A DNA stretch of 64,000 bases from Candidatus Obscuribacteraceae bacterium. GTDB taxonomy: Bacteria; Cyanobacteriota; Vampirovibrionia; Obscuribacterales; Obscuribacteraceae. Below the pieces are notes generated by a model. It did not search any database, was not told the origin of the DNA, and was given only the letters and a program-made list of their open reading frames with translations. The DNA lies in contig JBGASG010000004.1 in the NCBI GenBank assembly GCA_044229845.1, forward strand, positions 256,001-320,000, written 5' to 3'. The translations under genes were made by a program, and so were the position numbers. Shown one piece after another: positions 1 through 8,636 of the stretch. Position 1 is the stretch's first letter; each line of letters opens with the position of its first letter.

Positions 1-111
1 TCCAACAATAGCAACAAATTGCCCTTGCTCAATCTGCAGGCTAACTTGAGAAACAGCTTCTACAGCGCGTTCGCCACCGAATGTCTTGCTCAACTGATCG
101 AGGGTCAGCAT
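1..111 (-). CDS. ABC transporter ATP-binding protein (LolD/MacB-like), 5' part only; runs off the window start
   Basis: Own translation from ATG at 111: MLTLDQLSKTFGGERAVEAVSQVSLQIEQGQFVAIVG, the typical lead-in to Walker A. Directly follows the permease stop. Confidence 0.85.
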   Translation of the reverse strand, partial: MLTLDQLSKTFGGERAVEAVSQVSLQIEQGQFVAIVG

Positions 112-112
112 G

Positions 113-1381
113 TCACTTACCCTCCCCATTGATCAGAACGTATGGCTCTCTGGCGGTTGCTCGCCAGGCGGGCAGCACCGCTCCGAGGGCACCCATGAGA
201 AACGCTACGCCCAGGCAGCCAACAGCAACGAGGGACATTTCAGCAAGCGAGGGCCAGATGAAATCCACATGCAGAGAGCGCAGCAGATATACCAACGAAT
301 GCTGAAAGCCCAGCATCAGTGCGCCGCCGATAATCAGTCCCAGCACGCCGCCAATACCGGTGGTCAGTCCGGCTTCAGTCAGCATCATCCAGACTATATT
401 GCCGCGATGGGCACCGATGGCTTGCAGCACACCAATCTCCCGTCGTCGCTCTTCAATAATTGCTGAGAATAGGAGACTGACCAGAATCATGGATCCCACA
501 ATCATCATGGCGGCAAAGCCCAGCAGCCCACCCAGCAATGCCGTAATCGTCTGTCTCGTAGACGTCACCAGGCTGGGACCTGTGATTACTTTGATACCTG
601 GCACTTTGCTGAGCGCAAACCGTACTTGCTCCGGAATTGCTCCGAATGAAAGGCGAATCAGTACAGCCGACACGCGCGACTTGTCGAACTTCGGGGATGG
701 CGCATTGTCTCCGGTAGCCTCTTTGACGATAGATTCAACGGTTTCGTACGGAGCAAATAACGATTCATCGAAGGGTCCGACCCCGCTTCGTCCGAGCTTT
801 CCATAGATATTTGCCGGCTTCAGACATGGCTGAATTTCCTGCCCGACGGATTCTATGCGCCGACTACCGGCGATCAGTTCGCCGGGTTTGATGGCACCCG
901 GTGCGCGCTCGCTCAACCAGTTCATGACTGTGAAATCACGAGCCGGGTCAAATGCAATCAAGTTGGTCTTGCAACCTGGCATGCCTGCCATTACGGGAAC
1001 GCGATATATAGTTTGTGGTGCTACTTGTGCAACGCCGCTCGTACGGGCAATCTCATCCACTTGTTTGAGATCTAAGCCGTCTTCAGTAGGTTGCACAGTC
1101 AGCAAAGCACTGGTGATGTTCACCATCGCCTTGGCAGGGACGACAATCAGGTCTGCGCCCATGCGGGCGAAGCTCTGTTCGGTACTTGCTTCTATGCCTT
1201 TGCCGACCAGAAAGGAAGCGAAGATCGCTGCCGTCCCCAGGGCCACAGCCAGAACCAGCATGCTGGTTCTGGTCGGGCGCCGCAACAGATTTTGGAACGC
1301 CATGCGCGCGAACACTTTGTTAGCCACAGCCCGATGACCATGGCGTGCCTCTGCGACAGCGCGCTTCACTACCGAGACCAT
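113..1381 (-). CDS. ABC transporter permease, FtsX/MacB family
   Basis: N-terminal 'AFQNLLRRPTRT' plus a TM helix, a periplasmic domain, and C-terminal 'EERRREIGVLQAIGA' and 'GAVLPAWRA' motifs. Confidence 0.92.
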   Translation of the reverse strand: MVSVVKRAVAEARHGHRAVANKVFARMAFQNLLRRPTRTSMLVLAVALGTAAIFASFLVGKGIEASTEQSFARMGADLIVVPAKAMVNITSALLTVQPTEDGLDLKQVDEIARTSGVAQVAPQTIYRVPVMAGMPGCKTNLIAFDPARDFTVMNWLSERAPGAIKPGELIAGSRRIESVGQEIQPCLKPANIYGKLGRSGVGPFDESLFAPYETVESIVKEATGDNAPSPKFDKSRVSAVLIRLSFGAIPEQVRFALSKVPGIKVITGPSLVTSTRQTITALLGGLLGFAAMMIVGSMILVSLLFSAIIEERRREIGVLQAIGAHRGNIVWMMLTEAGLTTGIGGVLGLIIGGALMLGFQHSLVYLLRSLHVDFIWPSLAEMSLVAVGCLGVAFLMGALGAVLPAWRATAREPYVLINGEGK

Positions 1382-1389
1382 GGCACCAC

Positions 1390-3126
1390 CTATAGTGTCG
1401 TGCAGCGACTGTTTCTGAGGTGCTCGGCCTTAGTGGGAACGATCACGCAGTCGTGGTGCCCGCCGAAGTTCGGGAGGTAACCATACGGCTCCAGAGTGTC
1501 TTGCCGGAAGATGAACACACCACTTTCATAACGCTGGAATCCGCTGAATATCTGAAAGACAAACTTCCCGTCATACGAGACGGCCATCGTCTGCGCGTCG
1601 TAGCCGATGTCAGGAAACTTGTGCGTGATCTTCCACGTTTTGGTATCAACCACGCAGCAACCGCTGCGCTTCGGATATTTGTCCAGAACGGAGACGAACA
1701 TCTTGCTGCCGTCCATAGAGAAGCACAGGTGGAAGGGACAAGGGAATTCACCGACCCACTTCTCGTCCTTCACATAAGTGATCTTCTTCCAGTTTTTCGG
1801 ATCCGGATCCGACGTATCAAACACAGCCATGTTGTTCTGCTTGATGTTGTTCATCATGGTGAAGAACTTGCCATCGGGCGAGAAACCGGCTTCGTGTCCA
1901 ACGCACTTTATGTCGTCGAACTTCACTTCCCATGTGTCAGGGGCGCCGTGCAGCTTCTTCACTTCAATGTTGCCGGGAGATCCTTCCGGGTTGTGCAAGC
2001 AGGCAACCATTTCCCAGTTGGTACGATCGACGATTACCGCGCACGAAAGCATGCGGATAATCAATGCCGAGTAGCGATTGCCCGGGTGGTGCACAACGGC
2101 ATCAAGACCGGTGAGTTCCTTCACCACCTCTTTGGGCTTATCGCCGGCGCCGGGAAGCCGTCCTGTGTAGACAAAGTTCTCTCCCATCGGCACCATTTCG
2201 TATTTGATCTTGTTTCCTTTGGTTCCTTCGAGATCAAACTTGCCGAGTTCGAGGGGCTGGATTAGTCTCGTTATCCGTAGCGTTCCGCCTTTTGCCCAGA
2301 CATCTTCCAACGGTCCATCCTGATGAGTTCCCTGCCAGTCTGCCTGGAACGCCGCCAGGCAGCTGGTCTTTTTGCCCAGGGAACCGTCGGGCATCAAGGC
2401 CGGTCGATCGAAAAATGCAGCGATGTCTTTCTGCCCGTCCGCCCCGGCAAAGCCGTTGCCATCCGGATAGATTGTCGTGTGAACGCCAAGCCCCATCCCG
2501 GTGGACTCAGCTACGTTCTCTACGAGATTCATTTTCTTGCCGTCAAACCAGACGCGATATATGTTGTTGCCCTGCCCGTATTTGTCGAGCAATCCCTTCT
2601 TCTTAATGTCGGTAGGAATTTCGTAGATCAAAAGGTTGTCGCCGCCCTGAGTGGAGTTGACGAACTCGAAGCCTTTGTATGGATCGGGCGATGGATAAGC
2701 TGCGAGGTGGTGCGAGATCGGGCACGAATCCCCGTAGTTCCAGTAGCTGATCCAGGCTGCGGTTTTCGAAGTTTCAAGATCAACAACGTGCGTGCCGCCG
2801 CCGAGTTTCTCCGGCGTCAAATACATGTATCTGCCAAGATCGGCTTTCGATTGTTTAAACTGCTGCGCATTGATTGACTTGATCGAGTTGGAAACCGTCT
2901 CGACAGCTTTCTCCTTGGCGAACAAATTCAGTCCCCAGCCGAACAGCTTATCGGCTGCAATCGCAGTGGAAGCCGCTCCGCCTGCCACAAGCATGTCGCG
3001 ACGCGACAGCGTCTGCCCGTTCAACAAACGATAAAGCTCGTACTTCACCACTCGATGGAAAGACGGTTTGAACCTCGTCGGATCCGGAAGTTCCTGACGT
3101 TCCGGAAGATCGGGAAAGTCGCTCAC
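1390..3126 (-). CDS. Thiocyanate dehydrogenase (TcDH)-like copper beta-propeller enzyme, Tat-exported
   Basis: Motifs recalled from Thioalkalivibrio TcDH: WNYGDSCPISHHLAAYPSPDPYKGFEF, STQGG, GLGVH, DGQKDI, GTKGNKI.YEMVP, GHEAGFSPDG, PFH, GHHD.VIVP...LRNSRCTT. Twin-arginine SRRDML followed by a hydrophobic stretch. Confidence 0.88.
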   Translation of the reverse strand: MSDFPDLPERQELPDPTRFKPSFHRVVKYELYRLLNGQTLSRRDMLVAGGAASTAIAADKLFGWGLNLFAKEKAVETVSNSIKSINAQQFKQSKADLGRYMYLTPEKLGGGTHVVDLETSKTAAWISYWNYGDSCPISHHLAAYPSPDPYKGFEFVNSTQGGDNLLIYEIPTDIKKKGLLDKYGQGNNIYRVWFDGKKMNLVENVAESTGMGLGVHTTIYPDGNGFAGADGQKDIAAFFDRPALMPDGSLGKKTSCLAAFQADWQGTHQDGPLEDVWAKGGTLRITRLIQPLELGKFDLEGTKGNKIKYEMVPMGENFVYTGRLPGAGDKPKEVVKELTGLDAVVHHPGNRYSALIIRMLSCAVIVDRTNWEMVACLHNPEGSPGNIEVKKLHGAPDTWEVKFDDIKCVGHEAGFSPDGKFFTMMNNIKQNNMAVFDTSDPDPKNWKKITYVKDEKWVGEFPCPFHLCFSMDGSKMFVSVLDKYPKRSGCCVVDTKTWKITHKFPDIGYDAQTMAVSYDGKFVFQIFSGFQRYESGVFIFRQDTLEPYGYLPNFGGHHDCVIVPTKAEHLRNSRCTTL

Positions 3127-3202
3127 GGCTGCACCCCTTTGCGTGTGTTGGAAGACGGAGACAACGTCTTCTAGAAGGGTGTGATTCTAAGCCATTGGAA
3201 AC

Positions 3203-4507
3203 TTACTCAGATGCAACCGCAGGGCCTTTTCCGTGCTCGTCGAAATTCCACTCTTTGTCCGCTTCGACCGTGCTCAATCCAAGATGCTCGTAAATGAGCC
3301 CAGCGCCGCCCTTGCTGACGAACACCGACAGTCTCGTGTCGTCAATCTCCCAGGTGTAATTCTGGTTGTTGGGGAATATCGATGCATGCGGCTCACCATA
3401 AATTCGGCGTGCCTGCTCAAGCATGTGCTCTACGTCACCTTTCACAAAAGCCTGCACCGAGCGAAGTCTGAAAACCCCTTCGTCCATGCAAAACTTCGCT
3501 GTCGGCTGCCCTCGCTCTATATAGGTGACGCCCGGCCACGGCGGTTGCGCATTGGCAAGCTGAAACTCCCTTGTTATGCCAGGGTAGCGTGAGGCGAGTT
3601 CGATCCACCTGATTTCTTGTGCATCCATGATGTCGCGCGTGCGCCGCGCCGATGCACCCAGCGGCACCTCGCCAAAAGCGACACCGTCGTGTTGTTCGTA
3701 ATCGTGCGGACATTCGTTGATCATTGCCGCATCTCCGCGGACGACCCAGCTCGGCGAGCTGGCACTGCATACGGTGGCATCGGTCCGCAGCGCCACTGCT
3801 TCCCATTCGCCAGCGGCCGCCACCAACTGCTGGACGTAGAGATTGCGTAATGGTTTGTATTCCCAGACCACCTCAGCGGTGTTGGCATCGATGGTCCGCA
3901 GAGTGACGTCTGTACATCCCTTGCACCAACGACTGACGGACCCCTCCTGTTGCGGCTTACCGAAATCATAGGTGAATGACCAGATAGCATGAGAGATGTC
4001 GCCTCGAATCAATCCGGAAATTTTGTAGAGGCGAAACACGTTTGCGTCATTGACGAAGTGCTCGCGAGGAGGCGCGGTCCATTGACACGTGCCGCCGGTC
4101 GGTGATGGGAAATAAGGCAAGGTCACTTCTCTGAGAACGCGCGGAAAGGGCACGTTCTCCACCGGCATCCAGCCGGTTTCGTGCACGCCGGACATTACCT
4201 TGGTCTGCGCCGCCGAACACCCCAACTGAATTCCAATAACTCGAATGCCGTCGTAGTTTTCGTCGTAGTCATCGGTGCGAGTCTTCTGCATCGCACTGTC
4301 GGTCGACAGGCGTGCCTTTCGCAACAGCTCCCGGCGCCAGGGCGGCGTGTTTTCATCGACCGCAAACGTTTGCGGATTGCGCACTGCCGCCGCCACCGAT
4401 TTAGCTGATAGGTCGGCATCGCCGGCACTGCAAGCGCCAAGCAATGACGTCGAAATGACAAACGCGAGCAAGTAGATGCCCGGGCGCAAGTTCCACGGCA
4501 TAAGCAA
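3203..4507 (-). CDS. Hypothetical lipoprotein with an internal duplication
   Basis: Lipobox LLGAC. The two halves share motifs (YDGI..I.LG.SA vs HDGV...V.LGASA; VFRLYKISGLIRGDI vs VFRLRSVQAFVKGDV). Confidence 0.65.
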   Translation of the reverse strand: MLMPWNLRPGIYLLAFVISTSLLGACSAGDADLSAKSVAAAVRNPQTFAVDENTPPWRRELLRKARLSTDSAMQKTRTDDYDENYDGIRVIGIQLGCSAAQTKVMSGVHETGWMPVENVPFPRVLREVTLPYFPSPTGGTCQWTAPPREHFVNDANVFRLYKISGLIRGDISHAIWSFTYDFGKPQQEGSVSRWCKGCTDVTLRTIDANTAEVVWEYKPLRNLYVQQLVAAAGEWEAVALRTDATVCSASSPSWVVRGDAAMINECPHDYEQHDGVAFGEVPLGASARRTRDIMDAQEIRWIELASRYPGITREFQLANAQPPWPGVTYIERGQPTAKFCMDEGVFRLRSVQAFVKGDVEHMLEQARRIYGEPHASIFPNNQNYTWEIDDTRLSVFVSKGGAGLIYEHLGLSTVEADKEWNFDEHGKGPAVASE

Positions 4508-4648
4508 TTCCTGACTGTCGGTCTAGTTAGTAAAGCAACGCGAGAAAGTGCATTGCACTGCCAGATTACAGGAAGCCGCCACATCGGGGACAGCACATCA
4601 TCCCGACAGACTTCCAGTGTTTCCCCCAGGTTTCAGGTGCAAGCAACC

Positions 4649-6028
4649 TCAGTGCGGCAGTCCGAATGCGTAGTAGACCAGACAGAGAAGCGCCAGCACA
4701 TAAGCTCCCGACTTCACTTCTCGAACCCTGCCGACCAACAGTTTGAACAGTGGGTGCAGGATCAGTCCAGCGGTCAATCCGTTGGCGATGTTGTAGCTGA
4801 AAATCATGACGATGATGGTGGCAAAAGCCGGCACAGCCTCCGACAAGTCGTCGAAGTCGACTTTGCGAATCGACTGCAACATCAATAATCCGACTGCCAT
4901 CAATGCTGGTGCATAGGCAAATTTCAAACTCTGCAGCGGCTCGAAAAGCGGAATGAAAAATATCGAGAGGAGAAACAAGAGCCCCACCACAACGGCGCAC
5001 AAACCGGTGCGCGCCCCTTCCTGAATGCCTGCAGCCGACTCGATGAAAGCGCCGCTGGTCGATGATCCAATCAACGCGCTCAACATGCAGGAAGCCGAAT
5101 CGACAACCATCGGTTTTTCAATCTCAGGAAAGTTTCCTTCCTCATCCAGCATGTTGGCGGCAGAACCCAGCCCCACCAGCGTTCCCAACGTGTCGAGGAA
5201 AGACATCAGAAACAGCGTCAGCAATATCGGCAAAAAGGAAACTTGCAAAACGCCTGCAATGTCCAGCTTTCCGGCAATCGGCTCTAATGTGTAGACACCC
5301 TTGAATGGCAGGTCGACCACCGCAGTTGGTGCCTTCGCGTAACCAAGCAAAACGCCGATTACCGCATTAACCACAATGCCGATTAAGATTGCGCCCCGCA
5401 CTTTCTTGTAGAGCAGCACGCTCATCAGCAAGAAACCAAAAACGGCCAGCAAAACTTCGGGGCTGTGGAAATTGCCGATCTTGAGCGGTACATCCGGCGC
5501 CCGCAGAAATTCGCTGTTGGGCAACATCAATGCGGCAGCAGGCATGCCGGCAGCGGCACTGGTGACGATGCCGGTTTCGTACAGTCCGATAAAAGTGAGA
5601 AACAAGCCGATGCCCGCGCCAAAAGAATGCTTCATGCTTTGCGAAACGGCATTAGCAAGCCATGGTCGCAGTCGCAATACCGAGAGCAAAAGAAACAGAA
5701 CACCGCTCACGAACACCGCACCCAGTCGCTGCTGCCAGCTGATGTGCATGGCAGCAAGCCCGAAAGCGATGAAGGCGTTCTCCCCCATATATGGTGCCAC
5801 CGCAATCGGACGATTGGCATAGAATCCCATCAGCAAACAACCAAATACCGCGGTGCAAATGGTTGCCACCGTCGACGGTCCGACCGGGATGCCGGCAAAA
5901 CTGAGAATGGCCGGATTGACAACGATGATGTACGCCATGGTGACGAACGTCGTCAGACCGCCCAGAATCTCTGTTTTGACGGTGGAGTTGTTGACGGAAA
6001 TCTTGAACAGCTTCTCGAGGAGATTCAC
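4649..6028 (-). CDS. NCS2 family (AzgA/PbuG-like) purine permease
   Basis: TEILGGLTTFVTMAYIIVVNPAIL, APYMGENAF, FLDTLGT, ESAAGIQEGARTGL and FSYNIANG motifs; many TM helices. Confidence 0.95.
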   Translation of the reverse strand: MNLLEKLFKISVNNSTVKTEILGGLTTFVTMAYIIVVNPAILSFAGIPVGPSTVATICTAVFGCLLMGFYANRPIAVAPYMGENAFIAFGLAAMHISWQQRLGAVFVSGVLFLLLSVLRLRPWLANAVSQSMKHSFGAGIGLFLTFIGLYETGIVTSAAAGMPAAALMLPNSEFLRAPDVPLKIGNFHSPEVLLAVFGFLLMSVLLYKKVRGAILIGIVVNAVIGVLLGYAKAPTAVVDLPFKGVYTLEPIAGKLDIAGVLQVSFLPILLTLFLMSFLDTLGTLVGLGSAANMLDEEGNFPEIEKPMVVDSASCMLSALIGSSTSGAFIESAAGIQEGARTGLCAVVVGLLFLLSIFFIPLFEPLQSLKFAYAPALMAVGLLMLQSIRKVDFDDLSEAVPAFATIIVMIFSYNIANGLTAGLILHPLFKLLVGRVREVKSGAYVLALLCLVYYAFGLPH

Positions 6029-6465
6029 CGCAAGTTCATCTCGAGCCGATCCAGAGCCTGATTGATGATGCTCAGCAACTCGTCCAGTTCTTCCGGCACG
6101 TTCAAAGCTTCGTAGATGGCTTCGGCTGCATTGGTGTCTGATTCAGGCTGGGACGCCCAGTAGACACAGGAAGCCGCGCGAGCTTGACTGAAATACACAG
6201 CCGATTGTTCGGGGTCGGCTTCGCGAGTCTGGAAGTATTGTTCGTCCAACGAATCGGCAACGCCACGCAGCCAATCGCGATCTTCGTCGCTGAATTCCTG
6301 ACGCATGACCAGCAACTCAAAAGACTGCATAATCGCCAGGTCTTCGATTCCGCTCACACGCACCGCATACTCGCAGGCATGCAAAACAGCCGCCCAACGT
6401 GCATCCGAAGTTGCTATCTGCAACTTTTCCCAGAGCCTTGGTTCGCTTTGCTGTAGCCTGTTCAT
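6025..6465 (-). CDS. Hypothetical acidic helical protein
   Basis: 146-aa ORF whose stop overlaps the permease start (GTGA); fills the gap between two same-strand genes. Confidence 0.65.
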   Translation of the reverse strand: MNRLQQSEPRLWEKLQIATSDARWAAVLHACEYAVRVSGIEDLAIMQSFELLVMRQEFSDEDRDWLRGVADSLDEQYFQTREADPEQSAVYFSQARAASCVYWASQPESDTNAAEAIYEALNVPEELDELLSIINQALDRLEMNLR

Positions 6466-6491
6466 GATTGTGGGCGCGTTAGTGCTGATTA

Positions 6492-7580
6492 CTAACCAAT
6501 GATCTCAGCCGCAATTTCCGTGCTGCCTGGAACAGCGGCAATTCTATCAACATTCTGACTATCTACGGCCGGAACTTGAAAATCATGTTGCTGCGCCTGT
6601 TCGGCAAGCGTCCGCTGCGCCTGTGATTGCTGCGCTTTCCAGCGTTTGAAAGCCGCACCCAGTGTCTCAGCGACTACATAAGTGGGGCGAGCCCGCACTT
6701 CATCGAGCACCTTGGACAGATAGGCGGCGATGCACCCCATGCAAAGGATCTGCAATCCGGCGAAAGCGCCCACAGAGAGGGCAAGAGCGATATTGTCAAA
6801 AGCCGGTCTGCCGGCCTGGGTCTGCAAAACCACCCAACTCACCAGGGCGAAAACGCAAACCGCCAGTAGCGTCGAGCCGATGGTGGAAATTAGATAGAGG
6901 GGCGAGCTGCTGAAGCCAAGCAGTCCATCCAGCGCCAGGGTGAAGAGCTTGCGGAGGGTGTAAGTGCTTTCTCCTACTTCGCGCGCACCGCGGTCGATAG
7001 GAATACCGATCTGTTTGAAGCCGAGCCAGGGAATCTGTCCGCGCAAGAAGCGGGTCTTCTCCGGCATGCTCTGCAGCGCTTGCACCACTTTGCGGTCTAT
7101 CAAGCGAAAATCGCCTGTGTCCCACGGAATGCGCACCGACGAGAATGCGCCGAGAACACGATAGAAAAGAAAGGCCGAAAACCGCTTCATGAACCGATCG
7201 CGGCGAGCCAGACGTTGCGCATAGACGACATCGTAGCCTTCCTGCCACTTCTGCACCATTTCCGGTATCAGCTCGGGCGGGTCTTGCAGATCGGAGTCGA
7301 TGTTGACGACGGCAGCGCCTTCGGCATAATCGAAGCCGGCAGAGATGGCGGCTTGCTGCCCGAAGTTGCGAGACAGCACAACCAGTTTGACATGGTCTAC
7401 CTGGCGAGCCAGCTGGACCAGCGCATCGCTGGTTTTGTCGCGACTGCCATCATTGACGAAAATTACTTCGTAAGACAGGCGCAGCGGGGACAGCACCTTC
7501 CAGAGGCGCTCCAGCATTGCTACTAAATTGCGCGGGTCCTCGTTGTAGACCGCAACGACAATGGACAGGTCAACAGTCAT
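6492..7580 (-). CDS. GT2 polyprenol-phosphate glycosyltransferase (GtrB/ArnC/YkoT-like)
   Basis: VNDGSRD, LSRNFGQQAA, IDSDLQDPPE, TGDFRLIDR, two C-terminal TM helices and EVRARPTY. ATG at 7580 preferred. Confidence 0.95.
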   Translation of the reverse strand: MTVDLSIVVAVYNEDPRNLVAMLERLWKVLSPLRLSYEVIFVNDGSRDKTSDALVQLARQVDHVKLVVLSRNFGQQAAISAGFDYAEGAAVVNIDSDLQDPPELIPEMVQKWQEGYDVVYAQRLARRDRFMKRFSAFLFYRVLGAFSSVRIPWDTGDFRLIDRKVVQALQSMPEKTRFLRGQIPWLGFKQIGIPIDRGAREVGESTYTLRKLFTLALDGLLGFSSSPLYLISTIGSTLLAVCVFALVSWVVLQTQAGRPAFDNIALALSVGAFAGLQILCMGCIAAYLSKVLDEVRARPTYVVAETLGAAFKRWKAQQSQAQRTLAEQAQQHDFQVPAVDSQNVDRIAAVPGSTEIAAEIIG

Positions 7581-7680
7581 AACCAATCTGGTCTTAACAT
7601 CTCAACAACCCCGCCATTGTCCTTGGTGATCGAGACAAAGATCAACATGACAATCCTAATTCTTAGACTAACGTTATCCG

Positions 7681-8619
7681 CTAAGTGAGAACTTTTTCGA
7701 GTGACTTGATCCAGCCCCACGTGTCGCGCAGTCCGTCCTTCAGATCGACTTGCGGCTCCCACTGCAAATAAGTTTTCGCGCGGGTGATATCGAGCACGTT
7801 GGCCGGCACATCCAGCGCGCGCGCCGGCGTGTATTGCACCTCCACCGGTACGTCCACGACTTCTTTGATGCGGGCGATGATGTCGTTAAGTGTGTACCCG
7901 ATGCCCGATCCGATGTTAAAAACGCGCGGCTCGTCAACCTTTGGCTTGTATTCGCCGGCTTTGACCAGCGCCCGGGCGGCATCTCTTATATATAGATAAT
8001 CTCTGACAGCACCACCGTCACCCCAGATAGTGATCGGTTTGCCCTGGGCGACATTGCCCAGAAACACGCCGACGGCGCCCTGCTTCGCATTCGGGTTCTG
8101 CCCCTCTCCATAAGGATTGGAAATGCGCGCCACCACAAACTCCAGTCCATGCAGGTGGTGGAAAAGACTGAGGTACTTCTCGATGGTCAGCTTGCTGATT
8201 CCATAAGAGCAGATGGGATCAGTCGGGTGCTCTTCTTTGATGGGCGTCGTTTGCGGTACACCATATATGGTGCCACCGGAAGAGATGAAGATCACTTTCT
8301 TGACGGCTGAAGCTACGCAGCATTGCAAGAGTTGCAGCGTATCTATGACGTTGGAACGCACGTCGTAGGTCGGGTCTTCATTGGAAGTCTGCGGCAAGGT
8401 CGTATAAGCGAGATGATAAATCCAGTCCATGCCGCGCACCGCTTCTTCCACTTCGCCGTGATTGGCGAAATCGCCGGTGAGGTATTCGACGCGAGCATCG
8501 GGCTGCCGGTAGCGGCTGGGATATCGGTCGAAGACGCGCACGCTGTGTCCAGCTTGCAACAACTCATCTACGAGATTGATGCCGATAAATCCGTTGCCGC
8601 CAATGACCAGCGCTTTCAT
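7681..8619 (-). CDS. NAD-dependent epimerase/dehydratase (extended SDR, GalE-like)
   Basis: GGNGFIG, SSGGTIYG, YGISK (YxxxK) and RISNPYG. ATG at 8619 follows a GAGG RBS. Confidence 0.95.
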   Translation of the reverse strand: MKALVIGGNGFIGINLVDELLQAGHSVRVFDRYPSRYRQPDARVEYLTGDFANHGEVEEAVRGMDWIYHLAYTTLPQTSNEDPTYDVRSNVIDTLQLLQCCVASAVKKVIFISSGGTIYGVPQTTPIKEEHPTDPICSYGISKLTIEKYLSLFHHLHGLEFVVARISNPYGEGQNPNAKQGAVGVFLGNVAQGKPITIWGDGGAVRDYLYIRDAARALVKAGEYKPKVDEPRVFNIGSGIGYTLNDIIARIKEVVDVPVEVQYTPARALDVPANVLDITRAKTYLQWEPQVDLKDGLRDTWGWIKSLEKVLT

Positions 8620-8636
8620 GTCACCTCTTCGGACCT

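Noticed and set aside
2663..2671. AACTCGAAG in the TcDH-like gene matches the first 9 nt of the putative omega guide
   Set aside because: A 9-nt match is expected by chance in 64 kb on two strands, the match does not extend, and the TAM is unknown.
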